Source: Balamuthia mandrillaris (taxonomy: Eukaryota). From it: 53,048 nucleotides of DNA. Below are positions 48,712 through 53,048 of the stretch, piece by piece. Every line of letters starts with the position of its first letter. Position 1 is the first letter of the stretch. A model generated the notes under the pieces. That model was not told the DNA's origin. It saw only the letters and a program-made list of their open reading frames with translations, and made no database searches. The stretch covers positions 310,001-363,048 of the forward strand of contig JAVKOQ020000017.1 of the NCBI GenBank assembly GCA_031835245.2, read 5' to 3'. Both the position numbers and the translations under genes were made by a program.

Positions 48712-50152
48712 TGATGCAACGCCTAACGTTTTTGCCACAAAAAAGTGCCCTTGGCTCTTCTTACATCTCGCGTATACAAGGCCTGTGTGGGTGGCACGAG
48801 CTCCATCGACACCATTCTTCGTTCTCGCTGTCAGGCAGCAGGTTGTTGGAGGTCATCAGTGAAAGCCGCACCCAAAGGAATAAGGCCCCCTTTTTAGCCA
48901 CCACTGCCAAGAAAGAATTGGTGGATACTATCGCATTCAAGGTCTCTGCGATGGTGCAAGGTGACTTCGTGGATACCTGTGGCGTGGCTTCGAGTATGAT
49001 CCATGGAGAAAAAGGCATCGGGAAGACAGCAACCCTCAAGGACGCCACTCACGTGCTCCCCAGTCTTTGTGAGAACTTGATACCTCTGTATGCTGACTAT
49101 CTGAAGGACGAGCTTCCGAAACCTTCTGTCCTGTTACGACAAGCTCTATTACAACGTGGCGCGATCATTCCGCATCCGTCACCGACATTGTCGAACCTGG
49201 ACAATCTCACTCGGTCCCTCGAGAACCACGATCTTTACTGCCTTTTCATTTCGGACGAAGTGGACAACCTCTACACATCCACAGCACAAAGGGAAGAGCG
49301 TCTTAAGATACTCCAAGAGTTGGCTTACCTCGGCAACTTAGATTCTGGAAGAGTGGTATCCATTGTTTGTGGCAGCTCTTCCGTACTTCCTCTGTTGTTA
49401 TCCAAGAATCTCACCAAGTACCCTCGCATCGCCCTAGAGTTCCTCTCGTTACCGATGCTCCGAACCTCAATGGCAGCAAGTACCAACCTTCCCGAATCAC
49501 TCAGGAGGTTAGCAAAGAAAACTTTGCCGCCATGGCCATCGCTTTCCGATTCCCCGATGAGTACTTGAATCTCTTCTACTTTTTGGCTGGTAACAATCCA
49601 CGAAACCTCAGCAAACTCCTCATCTCCGCGAAACATGGCAGACAAGGGGAACTGATCAGGCACATCAGTGAGTGGGACCCTCGCGCCGAGTTTACTCGTA
49701 CACAATTTGGACCCCTGATAAAAGAACTAAATACCGAGCTGATCAAGAAAAACCATGACCTACTGTGCGGCTTATACAACAAACCCTCCTTGAGCGAATT
49801 CCAGAAGACCATCGATACCACCAATTGGTTGACCGAGTTGCAGCCATTGACGGAAAGGGAGATAACTGAACGACTCTTACCACGTTTGAACCATACTCAA
49901 GAGAAAGACCTCTACGATCGGTGGTCAACTCCAGACATACTAGCTCTTGTGGATAAAGGATGGTTCTCCAGTTCCCCTCAATTGACACTCCTTTATCCAA
50001 GGACATGCTACCAACTTTACCTACAGTACGTGTCGTCCTTTTCGCAAGACAGACCTGGCACAAAGTTATGGCAAAATTGTTTTACCCCTGAATTTCGTAA
50101 CATGCTAGCTTCCTTTGTAGTGCAGTACGCCGCAGGCAAGTTCCTGCAATAA
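48712..50152 (+). pseudogene. Intronless P-loop NTPase (STAND / AAA-like) split by a single frameshift at ~49440
   Basis: Walker A HGEKGIGKT; Walker B LFISDEVD; IVCGSSS. After restoring 1 nt (GAG TT[n] CCT CTC) the frame continues as PLVTDAPNLNGSKY...LAGNNPRNL (GxP-like) to the stop at 50152. It could be an intact gene with a sequencing error. Confidence 0.6.
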
Positions 50153-50380
50153 TACCTCACCCTTCTATCTTCTGTCTTTCTTCCATTCCTTTTCTTATCC
50201 CTCAGTCCTCGTTTCTTTCTCTCTCTCCTCTCTCTCTCTCTCGCTCTAAAGGACCATCCGGAGTTCGTGTGGAACAACAACAACAACACTGGTGGTGGCG
50301 ATCGGTCGCGGAAGACATTTCGCTATCTGATCCGGTGAAACTTCAAAGTTGATTTAAAAAAAAATAATCATTTATTCACA

Positions 50381-50921
50381 TCACAAATCCAGACACCATT
50401 CTATTTCCTTTTTCTTTTGCTCTTCCTCCTTCGGGGTAAAGTCGTTCTCGATGTTGAAGGTCTGTCTGATTTCCTCCGGGGTCTTGCCTTGGATCATCTT
50501 GGCCACCGCATCGCAGGTCAGGTCCAGCAGGGGTTTGATGTCCAGGAAATTGGCGGCCAGGATCAATCTGAAAAGGGCCTGCTGGTCCAGATCCGACCAG
50601 AGCTTGAATCTTTCGTCGATGGGAGGGGGCTTGTTGTCGGCATTGGTTCTGGGCTTCTTGGTCGGAGCGGGTTCCTGTGGCAGAGGGTTGTCATGGTACC
50701 ACTGGCAGTATTATGGGCGGCGCCTCCTCTCCTTCCTCTTTGTGGCCACCGCCCAGTTCCTGTTCCTCCACGTCCTCCAGCATGTGTCTGATAGTGGAGC
50801 TCACCTTCACTGCTTCGGGATCCACCTCGAAAACAACCCCATCCTTGCTCTGGAGCTTTATCTTGGTGTTGGTCAGTTTCGTGGTTGTGATTATTGTTGT
50901 TATTGTGTATAAGATGTCCAT
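50381..50921 (-). pseudogene. SKP1: Intronless SKP1-like copy with internal deletion/frameshift
   Basis: KIKLQSKDGVVFEVD..VKVSSTIRHMLED in one frame; YCQWYH...[66 protein letters not shown] in another. The canonical PLPNV...LxKVIE segment is missing at ~50710. Confidence 0.85.
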
Positions 50922-50933
50922 TTGTGTTTTCCA

Positions 50934-51178
50934 TTGTTTGTTTGTTTGTTTGTTTGTTTGTTTGTTTTTTTGTTTGTTTGTTTGTTTGTTTGTTTGTTTG
51001 TTTGTTTGTTTGTTTGTTTGTTTGTTTGTTTGTTTGTTTGTTTGTTTGTTTGTTTGTTTGTTTGTTTGTTTGTTTGTTTGTTTGTTTGTTTGTTTGTTTG
51101 TTTGTTTGTTTGTTTGTTTGTTTGTTTGTTTGTTTGTTTGTTTGTTTGTTTGTTTGTTTGTTTGTTTGTTTGTTTGTT
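50934..51178. repeat. (TTTG)n / (CAAA)n microsatellite, ~60 units
   Basis: Near-perfect tetranucleotide tract with one interruption near 50967. Confidence 0.97.
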
Positions 51179-51950
51179 TTGGATTTCACTACCATACTTA
51201 AGCATCATAAAAACATTTCAACAAAAAGATAGAAAATAAAAAACAAATAAAATCAAGCATTAAAATGTTGACAAATAGCTTTTTCACTACTATACTTGTT
51301 GGAAAACTCCAACATAATAGCTCTTCTTCTCTTTCTGCTGACCTCTCCTTCATGCCTGTCGACCTGAGGAAACCTCTTGGTGTCCAACTTCTCCTTTCTT
51401 GAACTTTTCCTTTTTCTTGTTGTTTTTTCTTTCTGCCCTTTTATGCTGATTTTCTTTGCTCTTCTGTTTTGGATATTTCCTCTAGCATAAATACTGCCTC
51501 TTCTCGTTTCTTCTTCTTTTTCCTCTCAGGACAACTTACAACAAGACACAAGATACTTACTATCACTTGTACTCTTTACTTTTAGTAAATTAAGTTCAGG
51601 TCTTGTACTTATTTGTCTCTGCTATCATTAGACCTGAGGGAACGAGAGTTTATTCTACTCACTTTAAATGTGCAATATTTTCTGCAATGCAACTGTATGG
51701 TGTTGGGCAAGATGCATGGTGGTCAGCGAACCAAGCTAAGACCTTTCAATTTCCTCTTATATTGTGGCTCAGGAGGTTCTTCTTCTTCTTCTGCCTTTTC
51801 CTCTGCAAAGAAAAGCCCATTGCTTCTTCTGCTTCCTGATCTAAGAAAGGCGCAGCAGTTTGTCTTGTGTTGTTTCTCAATGCAAAAAGGTCATTAATCA
51901 CAGAGGTTGAGGGTGGGGGTGCTTGTAAACAAAAGTTGTTAGCAAGAGCA

Positions 51951-52169
51951 CTAAAGGCTAAGAGCAACTACTATTTCTTTTTTTTTCGACTTCATCTGTT
52001 TTTCTAGTTCTTTCCATTTCCTTTGAATGGCTGCCACAGACCAAGATTTGCCAAAGTCCTTTGTCAACATGGGACATGCTTTTTTCCAATCTCTGTTGAA
52101 GCTTTTGATGGCGTCACTTACAACTTTTAGTTCCTCTGCAGTCCATGTCTTGCCTCTTCCACTACTCAT
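51951..52169 (-). CDS. Myb/SANT-like DNA-binding domain exon of a probably degenerate gene (further exons may extend to ~51300)
   Basis: MSSGRGKTWTAEELKVVSDAIKSFNRDWKKACPMLTKDFGKSWSVAAIQRKWKELEK shows the spaced-Trp Myb/trihelix pattern. A GCTAAC...ACAAG branch/acceptor lies at ~51945-51922. Confidence 0.55.
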   Translation of the reverse strand: MSSGRGKTWTAEELKVVSDAIKSFNRDWKKACPMLTKDFGKSWSVAAIQRKWKELEKQMKSKKKEIVVALSL

Positions 52170-52329
52170 TGTGTGTGTTTGTGTGTGCATGCATGCATGT
52201 GTGTGTAAAATGTTTATGGTCTCACTGTTTATAGACAAAGAAAAAAAACCTTCAAAAGAACTTTCGTCACCATGGCAATGCCTAACTCATCTTTTTTGCT
52301 TTCCTCCTTCCTCTTTTTCAGGTATAGAA

Positions 52330-53048
52330 ATTTGATTGATTGATTGATTGATTTTATTGCTTTCTGTTGACTTGTTAGAGTGTCAAAACCACAACTTAGT
52401 AGATTGGGGATAGGTACAGATTGCTAAGGGGTGGAGAGGCAAGTAGGAGAGTACTAGCATGGCTAACAAGGCTGGTAGTCATCACGGTTATCAGGGCTGG
52501 TGGTTCTGTACAGGCTGGTTTGTCTTGAGCAGTTGTGAGTAGGGGTCTTGGGGTATCCTGTGTAGGCATTAGGGGTGCATGCTTGAGATTGAGGCTTAGC
52601 TCCAGCTTAGTTGCGTCCAGAGGGTGGCATTGATGGAGAGACTGTTGATACTGTTGGATGAGTATTTTGAGTGAGGGTAGGGGGTGTGAGATGGGAAGAG
52701 TTGGGAGTAGGGGTGGAGGGGGTGGGAAAGGAGGGAGTGGTAGACACTGATTAGCTGGAGGGGACCTAGCTGGGTCGAACAGCAGTTTATTTCTGGTGCG
52801 ATAGATTTTTTGCAGAGAGCTGGCGACTTTATATTGACAGTAAAAGACTGAATTTCTTTGTTCCTTGTTTGTTGGACTGAGGACAATTGGGTTTGGGAGG
52901 GCTCCCAGCCAAGTGTCCATGTCCATCAGTTTGTTTTTGTAGAACTGGGCTAGGTCAGGGTTGGACTCTTCCAGGTCCTTATATAAATCTTCTCTGATAT
53001 GGTTTAGGCTTGGGCATCGCAGTACCATGTATTTGACTGTAGGTTAGG
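52330..53048 (-). mobile_element. 3' end of a degraded non-LTR (L1/Tx1-like) retrotransposon ORF2, truncated by the window edge
   Basis: PTVKYMVLRCP resembles the ETxxH(L/I)xxxCP end of the CCHC knuckle, and LQKIYRTRNKLLFD resembles the IWxxRNxxxF motif. A polypyrimidine-rich 3' region and a short (TCAA)n tail (~52333-52351) follow. The RT domain is not visible in the window. Confidence 0.5.

Noticed and set aside
50563..51239. ORFs with KQTN / FVCL repeats
   Set aside because: Artefacts of the stop-free (CAAA)n tract.

Overview
This is gene-dense eukaryotic DNA with short GT-AG introns full of (CT)n/(GA)n tracts. It is probably from a free-living amoebozoan; the intron style is Balamuthia/Acanthamoeba-like, which is an inference. 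Bases 1-44.7 kb hold 13 spliced genes: a CRIB-STE20 kinase, a Rab7-like GTPase, a ~17 kb HECT E3 ligase, ACOT9, a malate synthase-allantoicase fusion, allantoinase, an ELO elongase, MICU1, MCU, a beta-helix surface protein, a signal-peptide CX5R phosphatase, BCAT and an Iks1-like kinase. The last ~8 kb is a decaying accessory region with frameshifted ABCB, P-loop NTPase and SKP1 copies, a Myb-like ORF, a long (CAAA)n tract and the 3' end of a LINE. The top finding is a two-gene allantoin-assimilation module: allantoinase sits head-to-head (428 bp) with one gene fusing malate synthase to allantoicase, and the fusion junction lies inside a single exon. This looks like a convergent counterpart of the yeast DAL cluster. 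Also notable are a head-to-head MICU1/MCU pair and a HECT ligase carrying RNA Pol II CTD-like YSPTSPS heptads plus a PBZ zinc finger. All exon structures were inferred by eye and no database search was run.
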